Assembly: GCA_964446625.1 (NCBI GenBank)
Contig: CAYUPH010000002.1
Coordinates: 69,743-133,742, forward strand
Origin: an uncultured Candidatus Saccharibacteria bacterium
GTDB taxonomy: Bacteria; Patescibacteriota; Minisyncoccia; Phycocordibacterales; CAIRYW01
Direction: 5' to 3'
DNA length: 64,000 nt
Shown here: positions 27,090-37,135 of the stretch, one piece after another
Numbering within the stretch: position 1 is the first letter of the stretch
How the letters are laid out: each line of letters begins with the position of its first letter
Program-made: the position numbers and the translations under genes
The notes under the pieces: model-generated
Database searches by the model: none
What the model was told of the DNA's origin: nothing
What the model saw: the letters and a program-made list of their open reading frames with translations, nothing else

Positions 27090-28103
27090 TTAACTCTGAG
27101 GAAGTCCGGATGTGCCCACAGGACTCGGAACTTCTTTGGATTTAAAGAAATCTTCTACACCGTCATACGTTGCTTTCGCCATGTCTTTTATAAAAAAATT
27201 CCTTTTTCTTTTATTCTGAACCTGGTTTTCATAAATGTACGCATACTCAATCAGCATACTAGGTGCACTTGAGGTATTACTTGCACCAATCGCTATAAGC
27301 TCCTCATCTTCTACAATTCCAGCATCTTCGATTGGCAAATTACTTACTTTAGATTGTTTCTTGAGCCTTCCAAAAACATACTCCGCAATATGCTTTGTTG
27401 TTTCGCTATTTCCATACTTACTTTCTGGAACATAAATAGCAAACCCTGAGTAAAGTTTCTCCTTCCCCACTCGTCCTCCATAGTCATTGAAATGAACATG
27501 GAGAACAATGTCTATACTGTTTTCATTGGCCCATTTTGTAATTGCATAGAGGCGTTCGGCAACTCCTGGAGGTGCAGTGTTATGAGGTACGCCTGCCTTT
27601 TTTTCTCCCACTTTTTTTACACTTCCTTTGTTCTTTTGAAAATCTTTTCTCGATGCATTTATCCATGCTGGGATTTTGCTTAAGTTTCCATCAAAATAGC
27701 TCGAGAAAACAGGGTCCCAATTTTCTTTGTCTCTTGTAATATATACTTTGTAGTGAGTATTTTTTTCTAATAACTTTTTTATTTCATTACCCAGATCAAC
27801 ATTTAGATCACGTTCCCAAAGGTTATTAAAGCCCGTTCCTCCAAAGCTCGGCTCGTGACCAGGAACAATAAGAATTTTTACTTCCTTTCCTTTTTCTTCA
27901 TAATTTTTTTGTATTTGACTTATGGTTTTAAAATCAGGCTTCAAAACAATTGGAGAAACTGAAACCGAGGTGTTTTTTGCGGATACCCCTAAGATAACTC
28001 TTGGAGTATCATTTTTTGCATGAGAAGCAACACAAAAAAAGCTTAGAAATGCATAAAGAACACCCAAAGATATTTTATTCAGTTTTTTGGAAGGCGCTTC
28101 CAC
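27090..28103 (-). CDS. secreted N-acetylmuramoyl-L-alanine amidase-like (Amidase_3-like) protein
   Basis: Signal peptide; LIVPGHEPSFGGTG, YITRDKE, VLHVHFNDYGG and GFAIYV fit the Amidase_3 Zn-site pattern, with insertions. Confidence 0.45.
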   Translation of the reverse strand: MEAPSKKLNKISLGVLYAFLSFFCVASHAKNDTPRVILGVSAKNTSVSVSPIVLKPDFKTISQIQKNYEEKGKEVKILIVPGHEPSFGGTGFNNLWERDLNVDLGNEIKKLLEKNTHYKVYITRDKENWDPVFSSYFDGNLSKIPAWINASRKDFQKNKGSVKKVGEKKAGVPHNTAPPGVAERLYAITKWANENSIDIVLHVHFNDYGGRVGKEKLYSGFAIYVPESKYGNSETTKHIAEYVFGRLKKQSKVSNLPIEDAGIVEDEELIAIGASNTSSAPSMLIEYAYIYENQVQNKRKRNFFIKDMAKATYDGVEDFFKSKEVPSPVGTSGLPQS

Positions 28104-28147
28104 TCAGACATTATACTTCGAGAAAAGTAAAATTTACAGAGGAAAAT

Positions 28148-30610
28148 TTACTTACCGTGGCACTTTTTATACTTCTTGCCACTTCCACAATAGCAAGGAT
28201 CGTTTCTTCCAGGTACATTTTCTGCTGTAACAGGAGAAGATGTACTTTGTTTTTCTTCTCCTTCAACTTCTGCAAAAGTTTCTTTGCCGTCGTCTAGTGC
28301 TTCTTCTTTGATTTGTCCGCCAATTTCTGGAATTGCTTTAAAGATGGTATCTTCAATTCCTGCTTCCATGTCTTTATAGAGTCGAAGTCCTTCTTTTTTA
28401 TACTCTACAAGTGGGTCCCTCTGACCGTAGGCTCTTAGGTTTACACTTCCCCTTAGGTAATCCATCATTTCGAGGTGGTCCATCCAGAAAAGGTCGATTG
28501 TTTGAAGGTACATACCTCGAAGCGAATCACCAAAAACTCCTTCTCCGAATTGCTCAATTTTCTTTTGGAGGATTTTCTCTAACTCCTCGTCTCCTGCAAC
28601 AATTTCTTTCATAAACTGAATCATTTCCTCTCCAGTTGAAAAGAGTGCTCTCCTTCTTTTTTCATAAACTGCCTTTCTTTGAATATTGAGAACATTGTCG
28701 TACTCAAGTACATGCTTTCGGGAATCAAAATGAAATCCTTCGATTCGAGTTTGTGCGTTTTCAATTGACCTTGATACAAGTTTCATTCCTGTAATTGGCT
28801 CATCTTCCGGTGTTTCAAGTTTTTCGAGCATCTTCTTCATCATCTCACCCGCAAACACTCGCAGGAGATCATCATCAAAAGAAACAAAGAATTGTGTTTC
28901 TCCAGGGTCTCCCTGTCTTCCCGATCTTCCCCTTAGCTGGTTATCAATTCGTCTTGCTTCATGCCGCTCTGTTCCAAGAACAAAGAGCCCTCCGAGTGCT
29001 CGAACTTCTTCGGCTTTTTCTTCAGAGAAAGGAACTCCTCCAAGTTTAATGTCTACTCCTCGTCCGGCCATGTTGGTTGCAATAGTTACAGCACCCCTCT
29101 TTCCTGCGTCTGCAATAATCTCTCCTTCCTTTTCGTGATTCTTTGCATTTAGAATCTGGTGAGGAACCCCTTCTCTTTTTAGATACGCAGAAAGAAGTTC
29201 GTTCTTTTCAATAGAAACAGTACCAATTAAAACAGGCTGCCCCTTGCTATGGAGTTCTTTTACTTTTCTCGCAACCGCCATAAACTTTCCTTTTTCGGTC
29301 TTGAAAACTAAATCATTTTCATCAATTCTTTGCACTGGTCTATGTGTTGGAACAATAACAGTGTCTAGCCCATACACTTTAAAAAACTCTTCCTTACTCG
29401 TCTCAGCAGTTCCTGTCATACCTGAGAGCTTTCCATACATTCGGAAATAGTTCTGGTATGTCACAGACGCATAGGTTCGTGATTCTTCTTTTATATTAAC
29501 GCCCTCCTTCGCTTCAATTGCCTGATGAAGTCCTTCTGACCATCTGCGTCCCGGTTGCATTCGTCCCGTAAACTCATCTACTATTACAATTTCTCCGTCT
29601 TTTACCACATATTCTTTGTCGCGATTAAAAAGTGCTTTCGCTTTTACCGCTGTCTCCAAGTGGTGAACAAATTTTACACCTCCTTCTGCGTATAAATTTT
29701 GGATATTAAGTGCCTTTTCAGCTTTTTCAATTCCTGCTTCTGTGAGTGCAATAGATCGAAACTTCTCATCTACTGTAAAGTCTGTCTCCTTTTCAAAAGT
29801 TCCCGCAATTTTTGCAAAAGTCTCATAAAGCTTTTCAGATTTGTTTGCAGGCGCTGAAATAATAAGAGGCGTTCTCGCTTCATCAATTAAAATCGAGTCT
29901 ACTTCATCAACGATAGCAAAGAAAAATTCTCTTTGTACTACCTGATCCTTTCGGTATGAAATATTGTCGCGGAGATAGTCAAAACCGAATTCACTGTTTG
30001 TTCCGTAGGTTATGTCTGCCGCATATGCTTCCTTTTTAGTAACGGGTCTTAGGAATTCATGTACAACTTTGTACGATGCTACTTCATCTTTTTCGGTATC
30101 TAACTCTTTATGATTCGGATCATATATATATGCACTATCGCTGTTTAGTACTCCAGTTGAAAGTCCTAAAAATGCAAAAAGCTCTCCCATCCAGACTGCG
30201 TCTCTCCTTGAAAGATAATCGTTTACCGTCACAAGATGCACTCCTTTTTCAGCAAGCGCGTTTAGATAGAGTGGAAGTGTTGCAACAAGTGTCTTTCCCT
30301 CCCCAGTTCGCATTTCTGTAATTTTACCAAAGTGAAGCGCAGCACCTCCAAGAAGCTGTTCATCAAAGTGTCTCATTCCAAGGCACCTTTTAGACGCTTC
30401 TCTAGTTAGAGCAAAGGCTTCAGGGAGAAGAGAATCTAGACTCTCACCTTTTTTTACCCTTTCTTTAAGTTCGTTTGTTTTGGTTGGGAAATCACTGTCT
30501 AGAAGCTTTGTATACTCCTCCTCAAAAGAGACAACCTTTTTAAGGAGAGGTGCGTAAGAATTAAGTGCTTTTGTTGACGAATTTCCAAATATACTTTCTA
30601 AGATTTTCAT
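28148..30610 (-). CDS. secA: preprotein translocase ATPase SecA
   Basis: 820 aa with DEAD-like motor motifs and the C-terminal zinc finger CYCGSGKKYKKCHGK. Confidence 0.9.
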   Translation of the reverse strand: MKILESIFGNSSTKALNSYAPLLKKVVSFEEEYTKLLDSDFPTKTNELKERVKKGESLDSLLPEAFALTREASKRCLGMRHFDEQLLGGAALHFGKITEMRTGEGKTLVATLPLYLNALAEKGVHLVTVNDYLSRRDAVWMGELFAFLGLSTGVLNSDSAYIYDPNHKELDTEKDEVASYKVVHEFLRPVTKKEAYAADITYGTNSEFGFDYLRDNISYRKDQVVQREFFFAIVDEVDSILIDEARTPLIISAPANKSEKLYETFAKIAGTFEKETDFTVDEKFRSIALTEAGIEKAEKALNIQNLYAEGGVKFVHHLETAVKAKALFNRDKEYVVKDGEIVIVDEFTGRMQPGRRWSEGLHQAIEAKEGVNIKEESRTYASVTYQNYFRMYGKLSGMTGTAETSKEEFFKVYGLDTVIVPTHRPVQRIDENDLVFKTEKGKFMAVARKVKELHSKGQPVLIGTVSIEKNELLSAYLKREGVPHQILNAKNHEKEGEIIADAGKRGAVTIATNMAGRGVDIKLGGVPFSEEKAEEVRALGGLFVLGTERHEARRIDNQLRGRSGRQGDPGETQFFVSFDDDLLRVFAGEMMKKMLEKLETPEDEPITGMKLVSRSIENAQTRIEGFHFDSRKHVLEYDNVLNIQRKAVYEKRRRALFSTGEEMIQFMKEIVAGDEELEKILQKKIEQFGEGVFGDSLRGMYLQTIDLFWMDHLEMMDYLRGSVNLRAYGQRDPLVEYKKEGLRLYKDMEAGIEDTIFKAIPEIGGQIKEEALDDGKETFAEVEGEEKQSTSSPVTAENVPGRNDPCYCGSGKKYKKCHGK

Positions 30611-30645
30611 ATTTTTGTGTCTAGGGATTCTACCATAAAAAATAC

Positions 30646-30680
30646 AAACAAAAAACCTCCGGCATGCCGGAGGTTTTTTG
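30646..30680. terminator. palindromic bidirectional terminator AAAAACCTCCGGC-AT-GCCGGAGGTTTTTT
   Basis: 8-bp perfect stem flanked by A- and T-runs; third member of the CCTCC/GGAGG hairpin family. Confidence 0.55.
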
Positions 30681-30686
30681 AAAAAA

Positions 30687-30776
30687 CTAAGCTCGTTTCT
30701 TTGTAGTTTTTTTCTTAGCTACTTTCTTTGTAGCTTTTTTTGTAGCTTTCTTAGCTGCTTTCTTTTTTGCTGCCAT
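30687..30776 (-). CDS. candidate 29-aa Lys/Ala-rich basic peptide MAAKKKAAKKATKKATKKVAKKKTTKKRA
   Basis: Not in the ORF track (under 60 aa). It sits between an AT-rich promoter-like region and the 30646-30680 hairpin, which would otherwise terminate nothing on the minus strand; its composition resembles histone-H1-like or ribosomal basic tails. Confidence 0.35.
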   Translation of the reverse strand: MAAKKKAAKKATKKATKKVAKKKTTKKRA

Positions 30777-30998
30777 GTTTTTGTGTTTCGCTATTTCTTT
30801 TTTCTTTGGAGTGGAAAGAAAGAGCGAAAAAAAAATTTTTAATAAGTTGTCTCCCTAAAATAATTTCGACCGAAAATATTTTTTGAAGATACAACATAAA
30901 TTATCTCGCATTAAAAAATTTTTACAAGAATTTTTTTCAAAAAAGTGTGGATAACTTTTTTAAAAAATATTTTTAGAAAACTTTTTTGAAAAAAATTT

Positions 30999-31040
30999 AA
31001 AATAAAATGCCAGTAAACTTTTTACTGGCATTTTATTTTT
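30999..31040. terminator. AT-rich palindromic terminator AAAATAAAATGCCAGTAAA-CTT-TTTACTGGCATTTTATTTT
   Basis: Perfect 19-nt inverted repeat 22 nt downstream of the murB stop. Confidence 0.5.
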
Positions 31041-31061
31041 AAGAAAATAATTTTTGCTTTT

Positions 31062-32132
31062 TTAATTTTTATTTTGCACGTTTGTAAGAAGGACAACTTC
31101 TTCTTCAATCACTACTCCTGTCTTTTCCAAAACAATATCTTTTACTTTTTCTTTGAAACTCACAATTTCATCAGAAGAAGCGCCACCATAATTTACAAGA
31201 ACAAGTGTTTGATTTTTAAAGAGACCAACGGCACCTTCTTTGTAATCCCGGAGGCCACATACTTTGTCGAGAAGGAATGCTGTTGAAATCTTAAACACAC
31301 CCCCTGGCATTTCATAGACAGGTAAATCGGGAAAATTCTTTTTGAGTTCATCCGCTTTTTCTTTTGAAACGAGAGCGTTTTTAAAAAAAGACCCTGCTGT
31401 CCCGTAGATGTTTAAGTCAGGAAACTTTTTTGCTCGAATTGAAAGAACAGCACTCCTCACTTCTTCGCTTGTTTCGGGAGCTTTTTTTTGCTCTGCAAAA
31501 AAAAGCTCCAAATCTTTATACGCAATTTTAAACTTCTTTTCTTTTGAAAGTACAAACTCAATTGACAGTACTATGTATTTACCAGGTTTCTTTTTAAAAA
31601 CACTTTCTCTATAACCAAAAAAACACTCCTTGTTTGTGAGTATTTTTTCTACGGAGTCCTCCGTATCAAACACTTTCACATTTTTTACTACTTCTCTTAC
31701 TTCCGCTCCATACGCACCTATGTTTTGTATAACTGAAGCTCCAACAGTTCCAGGTATACCAGATAAGTTTTCAATACCAAAATAATTCTTTTTTGTAGTC
31801 ATTTTCACAAAGTCGTCCCAACTTTCTCCCGCTGCAACTTGCATGGTAACAATGTCAAAGTCTTCTGTTTCTTCTATTCCTTTATTTTTTATTTTTATAA
31901 CAACACCGAAGTAACCTTCATCTGGCACCAAAGTGTTTGATCCGCCACCGAGTACAAAAAAAGGGAGGTTTTTTTGCTTTGCAAAAGAGAGACCCAAACG
32001 TACATCCTCCGTACTTTCTGCATCAAGAAAGTACATAGCAGGACCACCTACTTTCATTGTGGTATGTACAGAAAGCAAAACCCCTTCTTTAGGGGTTTTG
32101 CTTGTTATATTTTTGTCAGGATTTTGTTCCAT
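31062..32132 (-). CDS. murB: UDP-N-acetylenolpyruvoylglucosamine reductase
   Basis: FAD-binding TTMKVGGPA and GGGSNTL motifs plus the MurB C-terminal domain; the start is set at the internal Met that gives a family-typical length. Confidence 0.75.
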   Translation of the reverse strand: MEQNPDKNITSKTPKEGVLLSVHTTMKVGGPAMYFLDAESTEDVRLGLSFAKQKNLPFFVLGGGSNTLVPDEGYFGVVIKIKNKGIEETEDFDIVTMQVAAGESWDDFVKMTTKKNYFGIENLSGIPGTVGASVIQNIGAYGAEVREVVKNVKVFDTEDSVEKILTNKECFFGYRESVFKKKPGKYIVLSIEFVLSKEKKFKIAYKDLELFFAEQKKAPETSEEVRSAVLSIRAKKFPDLNIYGTAGSFFKNALVSKEKADELKKNFPDLPVYEMPGGVFKISTAFLLDKVCGLRDYKEGAVGLFKNQTLVLVNYGGASSDEIVSFKEKVKDIVLEKTGVVIEEEVVLLTNVQNKN

Positions 32133-32235
32133 ACCTTCATGGCCGACGGATGCGAGCTCCAACAAATACCACTTTGTGAGTGCGACCGTCAGCCATGAAG
32201 ACAAAGAAGCTGTTACCTATTATAGCACAGAGGAC

Positions 32236-32272
32236 TATATAAAAAACACAAAACCCGCACGGGGCGGGTTTT
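32236..32272 (-). terminator. rho-independent terminator AAAACCCGC-ACGGG-GCGGGTTTT
   Basis: GC-rich hairpin followed on the minus strand by a T-run, downstream of the gene ending at 32368. Confidence 0.55.
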
Positions 32273-32367
32273 GCGAGTGGTATTTGTTTTAAAGCAGCAT
32301 CATTAGAAAATTCCGCTACTCACAGAGCTATACTATCAGATTATTAAGAAATGTCAAATTATTAATC

Positions 32368-34578
32368 CTATTTTAAGGTCACTCCCCTCTTTGCAAACTC
32401 TGCAACAAGAAATGGTGGCACTTCTCCCTTAGAAACAGAAAAAGGATTTATTACTTGTTTTGCCTCCGTAACCTTACCCGTAAGAAGAAGCGAGAATGTG
32501 TAGAGAACTGCCACTTCCCGAAGTTCGGGAGTTTTTTCGTACTGCTGACTCAATATTTCTTTTGCTTTAACAGCATCGTTTTGGTTAAGGTAAAAAATTG
32601 CATTTTGGAGAGAAAACTGTGGTTTGTTTGGAGAAACCTCTGCTATCTTTGAGAGCAAGTCGGAAGAAACTCTCACGAAATCTTGTCTCTTCTCCCCTGT
32701 TGTCATGAGAGTGATTTGATTTGTAAATGTCACAAAAGCAAGAAGACTTCTCGCATCCTTTGGGTGCTCAATAATTTGTTTCTTATACTCATCGACCACC
32801 GCTTCAGTAAAGTAAGCCTTCACGTCATACGGAACAGACGGCATTAAAGCGAGCTGGTTTGCGAAGCTTAGGAAATACTCCCGCCCTTCACTTCTTCCTA
32901 TTGGAAAACCATTTATCGAATTAAGGAAGTCCGACTTTACAACAGATACATCATTAGTTCTTTTTGTATTTGTGTAAGCACCTATGAGACGAACATTTTG
33001 TACGATTCCAGGAATATTTATTAAATACACAATTACAATTCCACCAAGTAACACTCCCCCAATACCAAGAGGCGGAAGAGTGTTTTTTGGATGAACTTTT
33101 TGTAACGCTTTTTCTACAAAATTTTCCTTTTCTGTAAAAGAGTTAATAATTCCAATAAATGCAAAAAACAAAAGGTAACTTGCAATGTTATCGAAGATAA
33201 ACAAGTTCTGAAATGCATAAGCTAAGATAAGTCCAAACACCAAAGCAGCAAATACCCTGTCCTCCACGTATTTCTTTCTAATCAAAACATACAAGATAAA
33301 TATATAGAGAGAAAGGTAAAGTGAAAGAGAAAGAAGTCCACCTGCAACAAGCCAGTCAAGGAAAACGTTGTGTGACCTATCAAACCAAGGCTCGTGTCTC
33401 CATAATTCATTTCTATAATAGTGTGAAAAAACATAATTAAAACCTTCTTGCCCAAAACCTAGAAGCGCCGTCTTTGGACTTGAGAAAGAAGCCTCGATTG
33501 CCATTGGCCAGATAATTGCACGTGCCTGTGTTTGTGTTTCTGAAAGAGAAATTACTGCAAAACGACCCAGGACAGGATGAGTTTTTACATACTCTGTATT
33601 TTTAAAAGCAAAGAAAAGCGAAACAACAAGTATCACTCCTCCAAGAATAATATAAGAAACCCTTTTAATGTTTTTATCGGTTTTATTAAAGAGAACAAAA
33701 ACAGATCCTGCAATAAGTCCCCCAATAAGTCCAATTACCGCTCCACGAGTTTGAGTATAAAATGTTACGAAAGCAAAGAGAAAAAGAAGTGCGGTATAAA
33801 GTATAGGCACAAAAACACGACTAAAGGTTTTATTTTTCCAAAGGAAGAGCATTAGAGCTGACACTAGGGAAAAACAGAAAGCAACAATAGCAACCGTACT
33901 GAACTCAAAGGAACTATTACTCCTTTTTATTCCAATGAAAACATATAGATACTGTACTAAAAAAAGTAAACTTCCAAAAAGAAACACTTTTGCAACTGCT
34001 TGTTCTTCTGTTTTTTTTCTCCAGAAGATCAGCAGTGTAACAAAAAAAGCAAAAAGCATTACTCCCCCTAGGTACGCAGGGTTTCCGAGTGTTGAGTCAA
34101 TTCGAGCATGAGCAGGAGTAGCTAATCCACCTACAAATTGAACAATTCCGTATAAAGCAATCGCAAGTCCTGTCGAAAGAAAAGAGACAAAAAAGTTATT
34201 TTGTTTTTCTTCTGTCCGAAGAACAAATGAAGCAAGAAAATAAAAAAGAACGACATGAGCAATTCCTACAAACCCCTCCATTCTTTCAAAATTGCTCCAA
34301 AACGCTTTAGTAACATCTACTGCAAAAATATCAGCAACAAAAACCGCTCCAAGAAACCCAAGTATTGAATAGAAAAGAAAACCTCTTTTAGGGCGGGCAG
34401 TTTTGTCTGATAGGCAAAGTAATAGATATAAGATACCTCCCAATCCTACAAGGATCCGAAAGGCAAAGTTTTTACCTGTAATAAAAGGAAAGAACATGCT
34501 GTTTGGAATCAGTATAAGCACGACTGGAACAAGATAAACCAAAAGGCTAATAGTTTTCTGAAGAATATTGTTTTTCAT
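32368..34578 (-). CDS. O-antigen ligase/polymerase-like (Wzy_C-like) polytopic membrane protein with a C-terminal TPR-like domain
   Basis: 736 aa with about 12 TM helices, a large loop carrying the GFGQEGFNYVFSHYY region, and a ~250 aa C-terminal helical-repeat soluble domain. Confidence 0.5.
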   Translation of the reverse strand: MKNNILQKTISLLVYLVPVVLILIPNSMFFPFITGKNFAFRILVGLGGILYLLLCLSDKTARPKRGFLFYSILGFLGAVFVADIFAVDVTKAFWSNFERMEGFVGIAHVVLFYFLASFVLRTEEKQNNFFVSFLSTGLAIALYGIVQFVGGLATPAHARIDSTLGNPAYLGGVMLFAFFVTLLIFWRKKTEEQAVAKVFLFGSLLFLVQYLYVFIGIKRSNSSFEFSTVAIVAFCFSLVSALMLFLWKNKTFSRVFVPILYTALLFLFAFVTFYTQTRGAVIGLIGGLIAGSVFVLFNKTDKNIKRVSYIILGGVILVVSLFFAFKNTEYVKTHPVLGRFAVISLSETQTQARAIIWPMAIEASFSSPKTALLGFGQEGFNYVFSHYYRNELWRHEPWFDRSHNVFLDWLVAGGLLSLSLYLSLYIFILYVLIRKKYVEDRVFAALVFGLILAYAFQNLFIFDNIASYLLFFAFIGIINSFTEKENFVEKALQKVHPKNTLPPLGIGGVLLGGIVIVYLINIPGIVQNVRLIGAYTNTKRTNDVSVVKSDFLNSINGFPIGRSEGREYFLSFANQLALMPSVPYDVKAYFTEAVVDEYKKQIIEHPKDARSLLAFVTFTNQITLMTTGEKRQDFVRVSSDLLSKIAEVSPNKPQFSLQNAIFYLNQNDAVKAKEILSQQYEKTPELREVAVLYTFSLLLTGKVTEAKQVINPFSVSKGEVPPFLVAEFAKRGVTLK

Positions 34579-34655
34579 ATTATTTCATATTAACACACCC
34601 CTTACACTCAATCTATATAAATAAGAGTGCTAAAATATAGCCTATACTATAATAT

Positions 34656-35807
34656 ATGTATATGCGAATAAAAAAATGGATCCTGACGTTCTTTCAAGAA
34701 CCATACTGGTGCCTTATCTTTGCTGGTATCGTAGGGCTTTTGTGCATAAAAATCCTCCCTCCTGTGCCTGTGATATCAGATTTTAAAGATTACGACGATA
34801 TTGCCCTCCACATCGTGAGCACAGGAGAATTTCGTACAATCTCAAATGAGGAGATTATCTATCCCCCACTTTACCCTTACTTTCTCTCTGCCATATACAT
34901 TGGGCTTGGTTATAACTATAATTTTGTATATTTTATTCAATTTCTTCTTTTGGGCGGTATTGCGGGAACCTTTTTTGTTATCGCAAAAAAATATTTCTCT
35001 TTTTCAACACTTCTCGCATCAACCCTTGCTCTCGCAATTTTACTTTGGCCATACACTCTTCTCTATTCTTTTGTCCTAAGCAACGAAATACTCTTTATGT
35101 TCTTTCTTTCGCTCTCTGCATTTTATTTTTTAAAATTCATCTCTGAAAAGAAAAAAACTGATGTGTTGCTAAGTGGCACCCTAGTTGCCTTCGCAGTCCT
35201 TACACGTCCAGTAGCACTTCTTCTGCCTCTTTGGGTATTTATCGGACTTTATATATTTAAAAAAATTAAAGTTATAGAATTAGAAAAAGAACACTTTAGA
35301 AAAGGTGTCTTTATCTTTCTTCTTTTTGTAGCACTACTTCTTCCTTGGACATTGTATGTCAAAGAAAAATTTAACCGATTTATCCCAGTTGCATCTAATC
35401 TTTCCGCAGTTTTCAGCAAGGCAAATAAAACTTTCGAATACGACCCGACACTGGCGAGCAAAAATACAACATCAGCTTTATTAAAAGCTAAAATTAAAAA
35501 CCTTTATCTCTTTTGGAATCCAGGGGCAAGTGGATACCATGTTGAGATACTTAAAAATAAAATTCCTCATGCTTCTTTTTTGCTTTGGTGTTATAGGATA
35601 GTTTTTGTTACATTTGTTGTACTAGGACTTTTTTCTCTTAAATTTATAAAAAAGAAAAAAGAAGTAGCTGTGCTATTTTCTATTATTTTGTATTTCTGGG
35701 CGCTTCACAGTGTTCTTTTTCCATTTCCACGATACACCTTGCCAATTATGCCGTTTGTGATTATGCTAGCCTTTTACACATTGCTACAATTCAAAAGAAA
35801 TGCCTAA
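34656..35807 (+). CDS. GT39/GT83-family membrane glycosyltransferase (ArnT / PMT-like)
   Basis: 383 aa with about 10 TM helices; shares the aromatic-rich loop architecture of the 3648-5129 gene; its end overlaps the downstream GT2. Confidence 0.5.
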   Translation: MYMRIKKWILTFFQEPYWCLIFAGIVGLLCIKILPPVPVISDFKDYDDIALHIVSTGEFRTISNEEIIYPPLYPYFLSAIYIGLGYNYNFVYFIQFLLLGGIAGTFFVIAKKYFSFSTLLASTLALAILLWPYTLLYSFVLSNEILFMFFLSLSAFYFLKFISEKKKTDVLLSGTLVAFAVLTRPVALLLPLWVFIGLYIFKKIKVIELEKEHFRKGVFIFLLFVALLLPWTLYVKEKFNRFIPVASNLSAVFSKANKTFEYDPTLASKNTTSALLKAKIKNLYLFWNPGASGYHVEILKNKIPHASFLLWCYRIVFVTFVVLGLFSLKFIKKKKEVAVLFSIILYFWALHSVLFPFPRYTLPIMPFVIMLAFYTLLQFKRNA

Positions 35808-36759
35808 AAAAATATTACTCTCGATTCCAGCTAAGAACGAAGAATCCACTTTAGAAAAAGTGATTGAAGATGCGACTTCCGAACTCAAAAAGTGTAACTT
35901 TGAGGAAATTCTAGTTCTTGTTGTAGATGATGGGTCAACCGATAACACAAAACAAATAGCAGAAAAATCAGGCGCGTATGTTATTCATCATAAAAAAAGC
36001 AAGGGTCTTGGCGTTGCTTTCTCGAGAGCGATTGAATACGCACTCGAGAAAGATGCAGATATTGTTCTTACCATCGATGCAGACAATCAATTTAGAGCAG
36101 AAGATATACCAAATATACTCTCCCCTCTCCTTAGTAAAAAAGCTGATTTCGTAACAGGATCTCGTTTTCTAAAAGATTCAAAAGTATCTGGAATCCCGTT
36201 TGCAAAAAGAATCGGCAATAGGCTCATGTCCGAACTTATTAGCTCGATTCTTAAAGAAGAATTTAAAGATGTGTCCTGTGGTTTTAGAGCCTATAATAAG
36301 GAGGCGCTTCACCATCTAAACCTATTTGGGAAGTTTACTTATACTCAAGAAGTTTTTATCAATCTTGCAGCAAAAGATTTTCGAATCTACGAAGTGCCTA
36401 TTACAGTAGAGTATTTTAAAGAAAGAACATCGCGTATTGCATCAAGCCTTCTGCGCTACGGACTTCAAACTTCTCGAATTATTTTCAGCTCAGTAATACA
36501 CTATGCGCCGATGCGCCTTTTTGGAGGATTTGCGATTATTACTTTTCTCCTTGGATTCCCCCCCGTTCTTATACTTGGTATCCGCTATGTACTTACAGAC
36601 ATGATTACTCCCTTTAAAGGAATTGCAATTTCAGGAATAGTTTTGCTTGTCGTTTCTTTCGCTTCATTTACTTCTGGTTTAGTACTTCAAATTCTAAGTC
36701 GACTACAATTAAGTATTGAAAAGAATATATATTATGCTCGCAAAAATTCTCGAAAATAA
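35800..36759 (+). CDS. polyprenyl-phosphate glycosyltransferase (GT2, DPM1/ArnC-like)
   Basis: LSIPAKNEE, VVDDGSTDNT and IDADNQ motifs with two C-terminal TM helices. Confidence 0.7.
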   Translation: MPKKILLSIPAKNEESTLEKVIEDATSELKKCNFEEILVLVVDDGSTDNTKQIAEKSGAYVIHHKKSKGLGVAFSRAIEYALEKDADIVLTIDADNQFRAEDIPNILSPLLSKKADFVTGSRFLKDSKVSGIPFAKRIGNRLMSELISSILKEEFKDVSCGFRAYNKEALHHLNLFGKFTYTQEVFINLAAKDFRIYEVPITVEYFKERTSRIASSLLRYGLQTSRIIFSSVIHYAPMRLFGGFAIITFLLGFPPVLILGIRYVLTDMITPFKGIAISGIVLLVVSFASFTSGLVLQILSRLQLSIEKNIYYARKNSRK

Positions 36760-37135
36760 ATACATAAAAAAGATTCACGATCTTCTTCGCTACGGACTAG
36801 TCGCAGCAATCAGTTACCCTGTTATATACGGAGGAACTTTCGTACTGGTTACATTAGGTCTGACTGAAAACACAGCATATCTTATTACCCTTTCTTTTGT
36901 ATATATAGGAGTATATTTTGCGTATACTAATTTTGTTTTCCGAAAAAATACCTCGAAGAAAACAATTGTTCGTTTCCTTGTCTCACTTTTACTTATTTGG
37001 GTTATTAACAACACATCATTTGCAGTTTTTCATAATCTCCTCCACTTGCATTACCTCATCGCAATCACACTCAATATCATCATATTTGGAGGAATAAAGT
37101 TTCTCATTCAAAAAATGTATGTTTTCAAAGACTAA
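36716..37135 (+). CDS. GtrA-family small membrane protein
   Basis: 139 aa with four TM helices and an LLRYGLVAAISYPV GtrA-like N-terminal motif. Confidence 0.55.
   Translation: MKRIYIMLAKILENKYIKKIHDLLRYGLVAAISYPVIYGGTFVLVTLGLTENTAYLITLSFVYIGVYFAYTNFVFRKNTSKKTIVRFLVSLLLIWVINNTSFAVFHNLLHLHYLIAITLNIIIFGGIKFLIQKMYVFKD

Noticed and set aside
32133-32204. N-terminal extension of murB
   Set aside because: MurB homologs start near the TTMKVGGPA region with a 20-30 aa lead; the extra 24 aa (MSSWLTVALTKWYLLELASVGHEG) look unconserved, so the internal Met is used, though the longer form cannot be excluded.
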